Of a stretch of 64,000 nucleotides of DNA, positions 50,336-63,802 are shown in pieces; within the stretch, counting starts at the first letter, position 1; each line of letters opens with the position of its first letter. The stretch is taken from assembly GCA_977016875.1 (NCBI GenBank), contig CDRNST010000067.1, positions 3,224,001-3,288,000 on the forward strand. Direction: 5' to 3'. Source of the stretch: Pavona decussata. Its lineage: Eukaryota. The notes below the pieces were generated by a model. It was not told where the DNA came from and ran no database searches. It was given only the letters and a program-made list of their open reading frames with translations. The translations under genes and the position numbers were made by a program.

Positions 50336-51690
50336 GCAGCAGATTGCAACCAAGGCAAACAATTTCTAGTCTGAACGACAAGGATTAAAATCCTCCAATC
50401 AACAATAGCCTAAGAGTGGATCAAAATGCACCAATCAACACAAACCAAGGTGCTACTTGTACTGTTATGCAATCAGTCCAGACCAGCAGTATAGCGGTCG
50501 AAACGTCGCCCTCCACATCTATGTGACTCAATCGTGAGACAAACAATTAAACTCAGCTATCATTTCAAACCACGATGACGAACACCTTTCATAATTATAT
50601 TTATTTAGTGCTCAAATACTCCACTTTCACGAAATTTTAGTAGTAGCGGTTTATAATGAAAAATTTAGTTATCACTGGAGAAAACAATCAATTGCATTAA
50701 ATTTAGAAATTTATTTTTTTCTAACTACTTTTGAAGGCATTTTGGATACTGTTAAGGAGTCATTTGAGGGTGTCAGCATTCTTGAATGGAAGGATAAACT
50801 GGTCGGCATTGGTGCAGATGGTGCTTCAGTGAACCTGGGGAAGAAAGGCAGTGTTGCAGCAGTGTTGGGATGAGACATTCCATATGTCATCGACTTCCCC
50901 TGCCTGCCACATCCACTAGAACTGGCCCTCCTTAAAATGCAAAGAACTTGCCATCAAGTGGAGATCACCTACAAGGTGCCGCAGATGATATGGAAGATCT
51001 ATCATTACAGCCCCAAAAATCCACATGAGCTACACTTATTGGCGGTGAGTGTACTGAAGCCAACGGAGGTGAGCAGAACAAGGTGACTCCCTCACATTAG
51101 CCCAGCACTCCAAGTTTTGATAACACCAAATTCTGATGGTTCTGGCTAACATGCTGCGGAGTCGTGCCATATGGACCAGCTCAGTGAAACATAAAAAAAT
51201 GCAGACATAAAGGGGCAAGCAAAATTTGTGAGTGAGATGATGAGAAGCATTAGGTTTGCTGCATTCTGTCATTTCCTGGCGGACATGTTTGCAATAGTTT
51301 CTAAGTTAAGTCTGAAGATGCAGGGAAATGATTTAATTCCTCCTGCAGCAGTGTTGCTCCTCCATGTAACGATAGCCAACATTGATGCCTTGAAACTCCG
51401 GCCTGTCCCAAATGGACATTTGAAACAGTTCATGAATATGCTTAAGGAGTCCAGGGTTCACAACGGGGTGCTCAAGGCCACACATTGAAAGGGTCTCTGG
51501 ATGGCACAACAAAGAGAGGAAACACCCAGACTGATAATTTCAAGTCTTGAGTGATTGAGGCAATTGAGCTATGCCAAAGTTTGGCTCTATGCTCTTTGCA
51601 GTGACAGACACTCAACCCTTGGCATGTAGTACCACCAGTGAAGTTGTTAAAGATATGTTCGTTCTTAACGTTGATGCATGGCCATGTCGA
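50050..51690 (+). pseudogene. hAT (ZNF862-like) transposase remnants
   Basis: NTAYVIAK; WKDKLVGIGADGASVNLGKKGSVA; CLPHPLELA; YHYSPK; HFLADMFAIVSKLSLKMQ. Confidence 0.75.
50210..50600 (+). mobile_element. Penelope-like element fragment (GIY-YIG C-terminus and pLTR region)
   Basis: KEAI..TLHPDNINRDNGIEIPEAWMPTI, followed by GACCAGCAGTATAGCGGTCGAAAC (remnant of a pLTR hammerhead stem II). Confidence 0.7.
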
Positions 51691-52769
51691 AATGGATCAA
51701 GGAGAGGAAGTCGAGGATTTTGAGACTAGACTCTTACGAGCTGAAAAGGAGCTTTTGAGCCTTTGAGAGAAGAACAGTGAACTGGAGAGAAAGATTACCG
51801 AAAACCAGCAGCACCAGGAAACAATGTCTTCCCGTTTATTTTCTTTCGATCATTTCAAGTCCGATGCGGATGTTAGCTTTTATACTGGCCTTCCCAATTA
51901 TGCCACTCTCATAAGTATTATTGAATTTTTGAATCCTGGTGAAGATTTTAAAAACGTTCATTCTAGGATTAGCTCTGATGTCCCAGAGGAGTTTTACAAC
52001 TCTGAATCTGACGAGGAAAATGTGCCGACAGCCAAGAAAGGATGCCACCGAAAACTTAGGCCTTTTGGAGGAATCTTTTATTGTTCTGTGTCTCTTAAGA
52101 AGAGGATTTTCTGAGCGACATCTAGCCAACTTATATGGTGTGGCACAATCAATAGTGAGCAGAAGTTTTATCCAGTGGATCAATTTCATGTACTTGAAAT
52201 TTGGACAAATCTGCATCTGGCCATCTAAAGCTGTTGTACAACAAACCATGCCTCTTGATTTTAAGGAGAAATTTCCCACAACAAGAGTTATAATAGCCTG
52301 TACAGAAGTTTTTTGCGAAATGCCAAGCAGTTTGCTTTTAAATTCTGAACTAAAAGGACTTGTTGCAATTTCTCCAAGTGGTGCAATCACCTTTGTCAGC
52401 CAACTATACACAGGCAGTATTTCGGGCAGGGAAATTGTTATGCGAAGTGGGCTTCTGCCACAAGCATTTGGTGATGGTGACTCAGTTATGTCTGACAAGG
52501 GGTTCCAGATTCAAGACATTTTGCCCTTGGGCATTACCCTTAGCATCCTACCATTTCTTGGAGGTGATAGCCAAATGTCAGCAGACGACGTGGTGCAAAC
52601 ATAGCAAATTGCAAGTTTGTGGATTCATGTGGAAAGGGCAATAAACAAGATTAAAAATTTCCGTATCTGGCAAAGAGTTGTTGCATCAAGTTAATTCGGA
52701 GTGGTTAACCAGATGTGGAGTGTGTGTGCTTTTCTTTGCAATAATCAGGAACTGCTTATATCCAGATAA
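51690..52769 (+). pseudogene. ISL2EU-type (PHIS/IS5-like, DDE_Tnp_4) transposase remnant
   Basis: FYTGLPN, HTH region (LRRG...LANLYGVAQSIVSR), RVIIACTE, KGLVAISPSGAITFVS, VMSDKGF, IHVERAINKIKNF. Stops, frameshift and a small deletion. Confidence 0.85.
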
Positions 52770-53407
52770 GGATGACAAATATTTATGTGCGTGATTTACA
52801 TTATAATTGTTGAAAGCCACAAACACCGACTGAACACTAAAGAGTTATCATCACAAGTTTCCTTAAGGTTAAAACAAATTATTGTAAGTTGAACATCAAT
52901 CATTAGCTTATTTACATGAATATATATAGATATTTGAAGAAACTGTAAGTTTTCCCATCTGAACAATTTGAAAAAATAATTTCAATATTTAGTCTTTCTC
53001 AGTATTATAATTTATAAAATATTGTTGTCTTTTTTTTTTTCATGATCTATTTGAATTGTTTGACTGGAAAAATAATATTATTAACACTAGCAGTCCTTTT
53101 TTTCCATTCATAATCTGTAATGGTGTGAAGCAGTCTTCTACACGATTAGAAGCTGTAGACACATTGCCTGTATACCATACAACACAAAAAAATCTTCCAT
53201 TTTAATGATTACAGAGAAATTATGTTTATATTACTTGATTTTGGCTTGAACACAATAAAGCAGACTAGTCGTGTCTCAGAATGTTACAGACCCCAGAACA
53301 AAAGCCAGGCATAACTAGGACACAAACGCTGTATTAAACAGTAACATGAACTTTCAATTTTGACAAGGGTAATTTTACTCATTTTACATACCACAGCTTA
53401 GGTTAAA

Positions 53408-55850
53408 TTAAGATTCCCTTGCTGCTAAAGCTAAAAAGTGTTTCAAATAATACATTTTTAGAGTTCCTTTTAACTCATTCCAAAACTGAGGATCAAATGG
53501 AGTGCACTCTATACTCATTCCCTTGCTGGTATATACAACAAAATTGCACCACCTGGCACCAGTTAATCCCATCAATCCCTGGACTTGACAATAATACTTG
53601 TGTGTCCTCTTAAGCTTTGGCTTTCCGTCAACCTCTTTCATGAAAAAACAAGACGCTGTGGGAGCGTTTACTTGGACGCCGTTGTATTAGGAGTATCTGA
53701 GCATGCACGTTAGTTCAGTCTTTGGTGACAGGTGAACGATAAAAGATTAGCTGAGAGTCTAAGGAATCATATTTGCGATAAACGTGATGTAGTTCGACCG
53801 AAAATGTCACGCAACCAAAATAAATCATTACTCTCTTTTAATTAATACTAAACACGTTGGATTTTGTAACCATGAGGTGCATCTAAGATAATGATGGATT
53901 TTGGCGATAAAGGAGTATTTGCGGTTCCAGTGGTAATGGTGAATTTTGGCGACAGAGGGGTATTTGTGCGAATACCTTTCCACCCTGATACCCTTTTTTT
54001 CTGGGCTTTCTATGAGAGATGTTCCAGCTTTTTCACTGGTAACAGCGCACGATCGCAAAATGTCACGCAGAACGTGCAATATGACACGCGTGCGAAAAGA
54101 CACGCGTTCTATATGGGACGCGTGCGGATAAGACAAACCTCACAGAACATCCGATTTACAGAAAGTTAACTCAACGAATCTATTTCATGATCACTGGCAT
54201 AGGACAGAACTTTAATGACAAAATCAAAGCACTCTGTGAGTGACCAAAGAATGAACGATTTCAAATTATGTCTACAGTTATTTGTTTATTAAACACGCAC
54301 AAAAGAAAATAAACTTCACTCGCACTTGAAGGCAACCCAAAGGTCGAAGTTTACGTTCATTCTTTTAGTGGTTTTGCGTGATTGCCAATGGACAAAATAT
54401 CATGACACAAAAGAGAGTGTTTCCAGGATTTAGAAGGGCTTGAAATGAAAGAAGCTGGGTTTATAAAGTGGAAAGACACTGCAGCTCCCGTGGCGATTGA
54501 ATAACAAGCAGAAACCGTCCAGTTTTCCTTCCAAGAACCGCCGAAAATATTTTCTTTCTGAATGCCGCGTCACCGGATGAAACTTGATACACGTGAATGA
54601 TTTTGGTTGCCTAGCTCGTGACCGATTTCTTCCCGGTGTTTTCAGCGTGGCAACTCTTTTCTACCTCCAAACGACGGCTTCTTTCAACGTTTTATAACAT
54701 CGGAAGGGGCTTTTAGTTTTGCTAAAGCCCGGGTGCTAAAGTTGCTATTTTGGCTTTATCCAACGTAAAAATAAAAATGCGTTTAGCGTTGCGGTACTCA
54801 GTTGTTGTTGGCATGAATATGCAAATTTTCGGCGTTTACGTTTGTTCCAATGAATCGATCTTACCACTAACACTCGACTCGGAAGGAAAGATTTTTTCAG
54901 ATTCTACGTTTAGCGTGTCAATTTGGCGTGCCCGTGCGTTCACCTTTTTCCCTGGATCACATTTTGGTTTTATCCAAGTGAACGTAAATAAAGAAATTAA
55001 TTCGTGAAGCGTTGATTGACGCTGTGCATTAGCAAACTTTCAGTGTTTACATTTGTTCTGGTGAATAGATCTTATCGCTCACACTGGACCCCGCATGAAA
55101 TTTATTTTCAAAGCTTTAGTTTTAGTTTCCTACTTTACCCTAAGCCTTTAAAGTTAATTAAACGTTTTCTTTTTTATATTGCGGCCAGAGAAATGAAATG
55201 TTTTGCTCGGCTGTATGTAAATTCAGTGTTTACGGCCTGATCTTATCGATTACGTTTGACACCGAATGGGGATTTATTGAAAAGAGCGTCTGAGGTTAAT
55301 TGAAGTCGAACTTTTGGAAAATATCCATCCTGAAAGGAAAGTTGCCCCTTAGTTTCGTTCAATGGAAGGAATTAGCAGACAACACACATACTAGCTGTTT
55401 TCTTTTAAGAATACGATATTCGTTGTGTTAATTTACATCCTTGTTTTTTGTCCTGTAATGGCGGCTTATGATGAATACATGCAGACTCGCAGACTCGGCC
55501 AACATGCAGCGCATGCGCACTAGATCACTGCGTTTTGGCGTATACGAAGAAATCCTATTTTATAACTTGGCGTTCCGCCTAAGTAATTACTGTCAGAACA
55601 GGTGTCTAAGGGAGTTACCAGATATTTTGTCTCTGGGCACTTAACTTCAGAGAGCCCGTAGGGATCACTGTATTCTGGATCAATTATCGTAGCATCTGGT
55701 GAGGCACCCAAGTAGGGGGAATCTGGGTTGATAACAAGTCCTAACTTAGTTATCTTGACAGGCTTTCGAATTGTCATCATGTACTTCTAGTTCATATTTT
55801 ATATTCTCAAAACTTGATACCCTCGCCATACTTTCCCGTGCCAGCTACTG
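53408..55850 (-). pseudogene. YqaJ-like exonuclease of the ISL2EU element, split by a 1.9-kb insertion
   Basis: GLVINPDSPYLGASPDA...EVKCP...CSDSN (55780-55587) joins FFMKEVDGKPKLKRTHKYYCQVQGLMGLTGARWCNFVVYT (53647-53408). Convergent with the transposase, as in ISL2EU elements. Confidence 0.85.
53647..55586 (-). mobile_element. Non-coding insertion with Helentron/DINE-like (HINE) ends
   Basis: Inserted in a T/A run without a clear TSD; terminal hairpin ACGCT-gtggg-AGCGT (53653-53667) next to AAACAAG; partial subterminal inverted repeats TTACTTGGACGCC vs GGCGTTCCGCCTAAGTAA; short GCAGACTC tandem near the right end. Confidence 0.55.
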
Positions 55851-55959
55851 GAGCACCAGCAGCACCTAATCAAGCGCCTGCAGCATGTACACAAAGAATC
55901 CTACTAGGAAACTAGCACAGAATCGGCAGCGAAAGGTCATTCGAGTAAATTGAAGGAAA

Positions 55960-56647
55960 AGCAGCACACACCAAAAACAAGACAGCACTGGAGTTTTGAG
56001 GATGAGAAATATCTTCTACAAGTTAGGGCTGACCACCTCAAGAGGGGTGAAAGCACACAATAAGGGAAAGCGGGGGAAGAAATCACCAGGATAGTGAATG
56101 AAAAAAGGGGTCTAAAAAAACTGTTGGCCAACGCCTACGTAAATTGAAACATCTGAAGAGGCTGTACCGTGAGCGAAAGGACTGGAATTGCAGGCAAAGC
56201 AGAGGAAACATCCGAAAAAGCCTGCACTACGATTTTGTAGATTCTATCCTTGGATGCAGAGAAAGTATGAATTTTAGCAACGTCGAGCAGACAGGCTTGA
56301 CTGACAGCAATTGTTCAATGCCAACAGAAAGAAGTCAAACTCCATTGTCAACCAGTGGCTCTAGTAGCTCTAGGAAGGAGACATCTGACACACCGACTAT
56401 CAGCCATGGCCGAGCCAGCCGCAGTGAGAGAAAGAAACAAACCAAAAGTAACAGGCGCCATTCTACAAGCGTGGTAAGTGATGACAAAGAGGGTATGAGT
56501 GAGGTCATTAAAAGGCTGGCCACCGAAGAGGATCAAATGGCCAAAGTTATGGAGCGAATGGAAGCTGCCAAAAGACAGCAAATGCAATTGATGACACAAC
56601 TGCTTGGATTGTTTAACCACTACATGGAAAAGAAATGTGGACAGTAA
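55960..56647 (+). pseudogene. Harbinger Myb/SANT (trihelix) DNA-binding gene remnant
   Basis: RQHWSFEDEKYLLQ...RKLKHLKRLYRERKDWN...HYDFVDSILGCR, then a Ser-rich linker and coiled coil. Confidence 0.75.
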
Positions 56648-57015
56648 AAATGAGGACATGTATCCTGATGCCGTTTTGATCGCGGACTTGCAACAAAATG
56701 TTTTGCTACCATTTAACTTTAATAGTATGAATCTCAGTGCTTTAATTTTGCATTCCTCTCTTTTATTTTCTATGTTATTTCATAAATGATTTCTATTTTA
56801 ATGCACATAATGATGTTAACATTGCAATACAAATGAATGTTTGCTTTATGGTGTAAGATGATATAGTAACAGAGTAAAACATATGCATCTAGGCTATTGG
56901 ATTTACATTTTGTACCGCAACGGGAAATCATCCCCTTTTCATTAATACGTGCTGTCTCTGTGTCACTGACAAATTCATAAGCAAAAAGTGCTTCATTTTT
57001 GTTATCATTATGTAA

Positions 57016-57500
57016 TCAAACATTTCCACAGACAAGATCCTTTAACAGGTCCCGTATTTCATCCGCATCGTGTAAAACACCCCCATCCTCAGAGTCATCA
57101 TTGTTATCACTATCCCAGTCGTCATTATCCTCCAGACAAAAATTATGAAGAACACAGGCAACAGTTGTCTTAACAGTAAAGCTCAGAGAACTGTCTAGGC
57201 ATTTCTGTAGCACCCTCCAGCGACCTTTTAACATCCCAAACTAACGTTCCACTGTGACTCGTGGTTTGCTTAACTCTTTGTTAAATGAAATTTCATCCAG
57301 GTCATTTGTTCCCTCTGGGTATGGTTTTATGAGCCAGGGTTCTTGGGGATAGGCACTATCTCCTACAAGGTATGGATGGATTTCCTGACCATCAATAGTT
57401 ATCTTTGGTGCTTGCAGTATGTCCCCTTGTTCACTAGTATTTCGTAGCACCCTTGCATCATGTAAACTGCCCGGAAAACTTGCCACAGCATGGCAGTATG
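57016..57500 (-). pseudogene. Harbinger (HARBI1-like) nuclease, C-terminal half
   Basis: FPGSLHDARVL, LVGDSAYP, FNKELSKPRVTVER*FGMLKGRWRVL, ACVLHNFC. Convergent with the Myb gene. Confidence 0.88.
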
Positions 57501-59229
57501 GCAGCTTGCGAAGACTCCCTTGGAACTCTTGCAAATTTTGTCCCTATTAATTTATGTACTTTTTCTGCTGACCTCCATAACTTTTGCCCTGCAAGGCCAT
57601 TTTGGGATTGATTTTCTTGCAATAAAGACAGCTAACTCTGTTCATATACTTGCTTGGTGTTGATCATTTCCCTGGGCTAAGGCTTCTCCAGAGCGATATT
57701 GATGCAAACATTTACCCTTACATTCCTTGCAAAGAAAGGTCCAAAACTTTAGAAGTTTGTCACGGTTTTTCTTCATGTTATAATGAAGTGACACAACTGT
57801 TTGCATGTCTGTTCTGACCCATGAAACAATGACACCATTTTTTCACTGAAAGGCTTTGGACAAGGGGGTGTAAATGCATCTGAAGGGCAGAAGAGTGCTC
57901 TTATGAAGCTTGCATCACCATGCACACACACACAATGAGAGCAACACAGTAATGGGAACTCTTCTCTAACTGGGTGGAATTCTGTGGTAAAACAAGGCAA
58001 GCTGTTATGAGGCAGCCATTCCAAAAAAATTTCTTAGAAGTCCCCAGAGTCTCTCCTGGCGACCAACCGCTTGTCAAAGAGCCTGAGGATTCTGGGTACA
58101 AGAATGGGCATGTTTGCACTTGAGAACAATCTCAAATTTACAATGCACTAAGGCCAGCACTGGGGACACTAGACAGATCATCAGATATTCAGTTGAGAGG
58201 TTGTACTCAGTTCTTACAAAAATGGTATTCTTTCAAAAGTAACACAAAATGTGGACTGTAAAGAGTGCCAAAATAACACTAATTTTAATTGAATTTTGGT
58301 GCTTTACAAGGCCTGGTACCAATGATGAACTGAGTTAGTCGCTTCGTTTGCTAACCAGTTTAACCCATATTGAAAACTTCACTTCTGAACACATTTCATT
58401 TTAAGTGTCTCCATCTCATTGCGACGAAGACTGCATGTTGACATCGGATAGTGACCCCAATGAAGAATGCAAACCCTCAAGATGAAGTTGTTTTACCATT
58501 GTTGTCCTCTAACCAGGGTTCTCAGTTGAACCCGTAACCCGTAAGAACTGTCAAGGTTGTAACTAGTAAGTGTTACAGCTGTAAAAGCGCCTTGCTCAGT
58601 AGGCCCATAGACCCCAAGCTACAGCCATGTACTTCAATGTTACGGCTGAAAATAGCTCAGCAACTGCTGTTCAAACCTCTATTGAGAACCCTGCTAACAA
58701 TGAGGAGAGTGATTACAATGAACATGATCTTTCAGATGACCATATTGATTGAGCAAAATATTTCAATGGCAATATTGACCTCGTAATTGTACCAACAGAA
58801 GGCTTGGAACTCAAGGATATTGTTTCCTTGGCACATGTTTATATGATCACAGCTGATCAGACATATCAATGACAACCAAGAAATGCAAGCTAAATGCATT
58901 GTTTATCATTGACATACAAGAACTGACAGGACCAAATGATTGGAAGCTGATGACCTGGGAAAGTATGGCAACACTGGAACTTAGGATACTTCTTGATCAA
59001 TAGTGAGAGCACTGCCAGGTGTTTGGCCAAGAAGCCTACACTTCCATTGGCAGTACCAGGAAAAATTGCAAGGGTTTAAAGACTTACTGGGTAGATCAGA
59101 AACACTACAACTTTAAAAGAAGGGCTGTCAAATTGCACAATGAAAACAACAATGACCACATCAGCTCTGCTGTAATTTCTATCATGTATAAATAAATGCT
59201 ACTACTACTACTACTACTTCTACTACTAC

Positions 59230-59850
59230 TCGAGTACCAATTTGATGACAAAGAACACAAAATAACATCTGAATGGCACTACAATGCCAAGCAAGGGGCA
59301 AAGGAGTTTCTCAGAACAAAGCCAAGCCTCCTCCTAAATCTGCAAAATGACATCAAATCCAGGTTGTACATGGCAACAGTTTATGACCAAGCTTTCACTG
59401 ACGCTGGTGGCATCATCAACTTTCAGAGCCTTGATAAATTGCAGAGGAACCTCAAGCAAGTTTAAAATTTAAACTACAAAACATCCAGTCTCAAGAAAAA
59501 AAAGATGAAGTACCGGTATATGCCGTGTCAGAAAAAACCCAGCAGGATGAAGTGCCATTTGTGAGGTACTGTAGGTACAGCTCACTCCCAATCCGGCATA
59601 TGTGTAAGGCTCCAATTGTCAACTAAATGGTGTTGTTCGATTCTACTCTTCAGAGGGTAAGATGCCCCCTATAATAGGAATTGATACAAAATTGAACATT
59701 GGATCATATTATGTCACTCCAACAACATACGGGCATGCGATGCCAAAGAATATAAAAAGTGATAGCCAGCTGACACTCCTCGGGCCAACAATGTTCCATT
59801 CCCCCCGAAACGATGATTCCTTTCGATACTTTGCTTCATCAGTGCAACCA
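59230..59850 (+). pseudogene. MULE-like transposase remnant
   Basis: IIGIDTKLNIGSYYVTPTTY...LLGPTMFH...FRYFASS resembles the xGIDxTFNxG..YVT..TY...GP..H region of MULE-type transposases; RTKPS upstream. Heavily decayed. Confidence 0.5.
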
Positions 59851-60495
59851 CTAGAGAGAAATTGTGGGCAGTGTAATAACAACAAGAACAAAAAAAAACA
59901 AATTTAAAGAGTATTTTTAAAGCGAGGTAACAATACAGAAAGAGCACATTTCAAGGAAGAAAATAACCAAAAAATTTAACATTCTCTTCATGACATTAAA
60001 AATTAACTGATATGTTTTTGTCCAAAATCAGTAGATATAATGCTAGTTTTGTTAAGATTTTTACACAGTTTAGATAACTTGGACTATGTTCAAATTACCA
60101 TTATCATTGGATGTCGTTGACTAAGGTATATATTTCATCAAATTGTTGGTTTTATATTTGTTTAAGTAGAGGTGAAACAATCATTATATTACCTTCCCAA
60201 TTACCCTGAGTTGGTTTCCTCAATAAAAAATAATACGTCGCACAATTTTTTAGTCTCTCACATTTGGCCAGGTAACAAGAGTCACCTTTTCCGAATTGAC
60301 CACTGTAATGAAAGAGTTGAAATTACGTGATTCTTACTGTAGTAACTAACACTAATTATTCTAGTGAAGCCAAGATGGAAAAGTTAATCATTAGGGGGTT
60401 ATTATTTTGATATAAGTAAATCGATTATATGTGTCGTTAAAATTGTTCAACAAATTTCAGACTTTTGGATTAAAATACTTTGCTCTATTATTTAA

Positions 60496-62720
60496 CCCCT
60501 TCACTACCTATATGATATACTGAGTACGTCATGTGTCGTACACTCCATATGCCTGTGCGACGTACTGAGTACGTCAGGATTTCAAAGGCAGATGTCAAAT
60601 CGTCGGCACACCAAATGCAAAATCCCGGCTTTTCTGTTTGCGTGTTACTTTCTGCCATAGTGTGACATTTGTGTTGGGTGAGGTTGTAAAACGAGTTAAA
60701 GAAGTTTTAAAAATATGTTGGCGAGGGAGCCATGCAGGCTTCGCAAATACGCCAAATTTGCCGTATTTTACGCCAAAATTGTTCAGATGACTCCACTGAG
60801 GTTACGGAGGGAGTCATTTCGACTCCAGAAATATTCGGTAGAAAACAAAGTTTTCTCCTTACCTTTTTCGCAACAAATACAATTTTTATTAATTGCAAAT
60901 ATGTTAATCTTAATTAAATCATCTAAATTAAAGAATTATACTGCACAGCAAAACAGGAAGAGGGTAAATTACGATTAAAGTTCACTCGATGACCGCCATC
61001 TTGGATTTAAGCTTTCCAGGTCAGTGGACCACCACAGTTACTTGGTGTATCCCTCACGATAGTGTATACATGCCAGGACCACGTGCTGGAAAGTCCGAAA
61101 ATAACGTCGTTAACAAACAAAGGCCCACCAAAAAGTGCCAAGTGTTAGTGCCAAGTGTTAGATATGCAAATCGCATTTCGATTTAAAATGCCTGGATGCG
61201 AACTTCGAATCTGGCCCAACTTGTCATTTTTGCTCAGTTCCATCTTTTGCTGAGCAACAGTTTGACAACAGTCTAAATGATAGCCTTGTTGTTCCAGCAA
61301 CATCTGATGCTACCCTAAAGTTTCGCGATCTTAACTTCATTCATCAAAACATTACAAGCCTGAAGAAGAAGTTTGATGCATGCAGATGAGTTTATAGCTG
61401 AGGGAAATGTTAAAAGAAGATCGCATGCAAATGACTGGTCTCCACCAGACAAAAAAGAAATGAAACAATTTCTGGGTTTGTTTTTTTGGGGGGGTTATTC
61501 ACAAGCCGGCTATACACATGTATTGGTCCAAGCACCCTTTGTTCTGTACCCCCATTTTCAGTGCTATCATGAGTAGAAATCGTTTCCAGCTGCTTCTGAA
61601 ATTTCTTCATTTCAGTGACAACTCTCAGAAGCCTGAACCTAATGATCCATCTCCTGATAAACTGTTCAAGCTACGACCTTTATTGGATCACCTCTTTGAG
61701 AAGTTTCAGGAAGTCTATGTACCAACCTGTAACATTTCAATAACTGATGAGTCCCTGTTATTGTGGAAGGGCAGATTAAGTTTCAAGCAATACATCCCCC
61801 TAAAGAGAGCTAGATTTGGTGTGAAATCATTTATGTTGTGTGAAGATAGTGGCTACACCTTTCAAGATTTATACGGGTAAGGAAAACGTAGCCCCCGCAG
61901 CACAAGGGCTTTCTCTTTCTGAGAGAGTTGTTGTCAACCTCATGCAACCACTGCTGCATAAAGGTTATCATTTGTACACACTGATAACTAGTATACAACC
62001 TTGCCGCTGTACAAGTACCTTCATCGCCATGGCACTTTAGCTTGTGGGACAATAAGAAGCAACAGGAACGGGTTTCCGGAGCAAGTGCAGAACATAAAAT
62101 TGAGAAAAGATGAGCAAATAGCTTGTCGCTCTGATGAGCTATTGGCAATAAAGTTCAAAGATAAAAAGGATGTGTACATGCTCAGTACCGTCCATGATGA
62201 TTCAATGGTGCACCGGCCAGACAGGAGACACCGAAATCAGTGCCAGACAAAGCCAACCTGTGTTGCTGACTACAACAAGTACATGGGTGGGGTTGACCAC
62301 ACTGACCAACTGCTAAACCCTACAAGATACGTTGCAAAACCCTGAAGTGGTACAAGAAGGTGGCCATCACTTTATGCAGCTTTGAATGCTCAACAGCTTC
62401 ATTGTTAATCAAAAAGATGGCGGTCAAAAACCATTCCTGGGATTTCAATGTGAGGTGATTGCAGCCCTTCTGTTTGGAAATGGAAATGGTACCGACATGG
62501 AGATCCCCAGAGAGGAGCATATCATAAGGCTTACTGAACATCACTCTGTTGCAAGGTTCCAGAAACAGCCTCTAAATGAAAGCCTCAGAAGAGATGCAGA
62601 GTGTGCTAAAAGAAGGGAGTATGCAAGGACAGTTGCTACCAGTGTCCGACCTGTCCAAGCAATCCAGGACTTTGCTATTTTCCCTGTTTTGAACTTTACC
62701 ACACCAAATTCAATTGCTGG
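60496..62720 (+). mobile_element. piggyBac element, left end and decayed PGBD4-like transposase
   Basis: TTAA|CCC at 60492-60498 with duplicated TACTGAGTACGTCA subterminal motifs. YWS, MSRNRF, DESL..WKGR...KQYIP.KR.RFG, DN*Y, GTIR.NR, DYNKYMGGVD, and a C-terminal Cys cluster. Right terminus not found. Confidence 0.88.
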
Positions 62721-63046
62721 GTGTGAACTCACTGTCGATCAGAAAGCACTCCTTAGATTTATTTCTATTGTACACAGTCAGTAATTAATTTAGTGAAATT
62801 TAGTATGGCCACTTTGAATGTAAAAGCCATTTGTGTTCAGATATTTTTTATTACTAAATGTTGTTATTCAAAAACTTTTTTTGATAGTTTTCTCTGTAAA
62901 TAATACTGCCCCAAAATATTCAAAAATTGTTTGAGTTGCTTCAGATTACTTGTAAAACATTATTTGTTATTTAACTCTATCATGCAGAAGAAAATTTCCC
63001 ATTTTCAGGTGATGAAATGCTGTGCCATGTTCACCACACATACAAT

Positions 63047-63200
63047 AGGGAGCTTAAGCAACCACCACGACGACCGGGAGGACGACGACCGGAAGTAGGG
63101 TGAGCGTTACTGCGCAGGTGTGGCCTAAGTAGGTCGTCGTCCTGATCACGTCGACGACGTCAGAAGTAGTAGTTTCACGTCGTCGTGAATTGAAGAGTTT
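63047..63200. mobile_element. Left end of a Harbinger-like MITE with GACGAC repeats
   Basis: AGGGAGCTTAAGCAAC followed by ACGACGAC/GTCGTCGT motifs. Partner end not seen in the window. Confidence 0.55.
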
Positions 63201-63569
63201 ACACCTCACTAAAAGGTACGAATTTACTATCATTTGTCACAGTTTATAACTGATTGGAGTTTTAATTCTCTTGTGCGTTTGTTTCAAGCTCCTTTGTTCG
63301 GTTTGATGAAGAGAACCAATTTATTTGAATCATTGCTTTTCCTTCACACAGATGACAAGTGACTCGAGCCAGGGGGAGAAAGCTGCATAAATTTATTTTC
63401 AAGTTATTTGATGGAAGAGTACTGATTGTCACTTTTCTTGAATGAAGATATTTAGATGGTTATACTATACACTTAAATGTTTGATTGCAAATTGAAAATT
63501 GTCGGAAGTAACTTGCAGATTAACCTTTTAAGCGGCGAGTGATTTTATCAGATTGTTTGTTTACAGTAA

Positions 63570-63802
63570 GAGATTTTAGCATCGCGCTTACGGCAAACAT
63601 CAAACGCCAGGCTGAAATTTTCTCTTTGATGAAAAACAATGAAGCTGTTTTTGGTTTAAGTTCATCTCCACCCAGTAGGCGACAGCTTTCGAGCAAACAC
63701 AAAGAAGAGAGAAGTGAGTACGAGAAACACAAGTTTATGCATTTTAGAACAAACAGCGGCTTGACGTTTGGCGTTAGCCGTAAACGCAAAGCTAAATCTC
63801 TC
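63570..63802. mobile_element. Small MITE (~230 bp)
   Basis: Imperfect TIRs GAGATTTTAGCATCGCGCTTACGGCAAAC ... GTTAGCCGTAAACGCAAAGCTAAATCTCTC; flanks TAA/TAG. Confidence 0.6.

Noticed and set aside
50470-50512. Hammerhead ribozyme in the Penelope fragment
   Set aside because: Stem II and GAAAC are present but the CTGANGA core is missing, so it is not functional as seen.
57600-58800. Short ORFs between the Harbinger and MULE-like remnants
   Set aside because: No recognisable motif or consistent splice structure.
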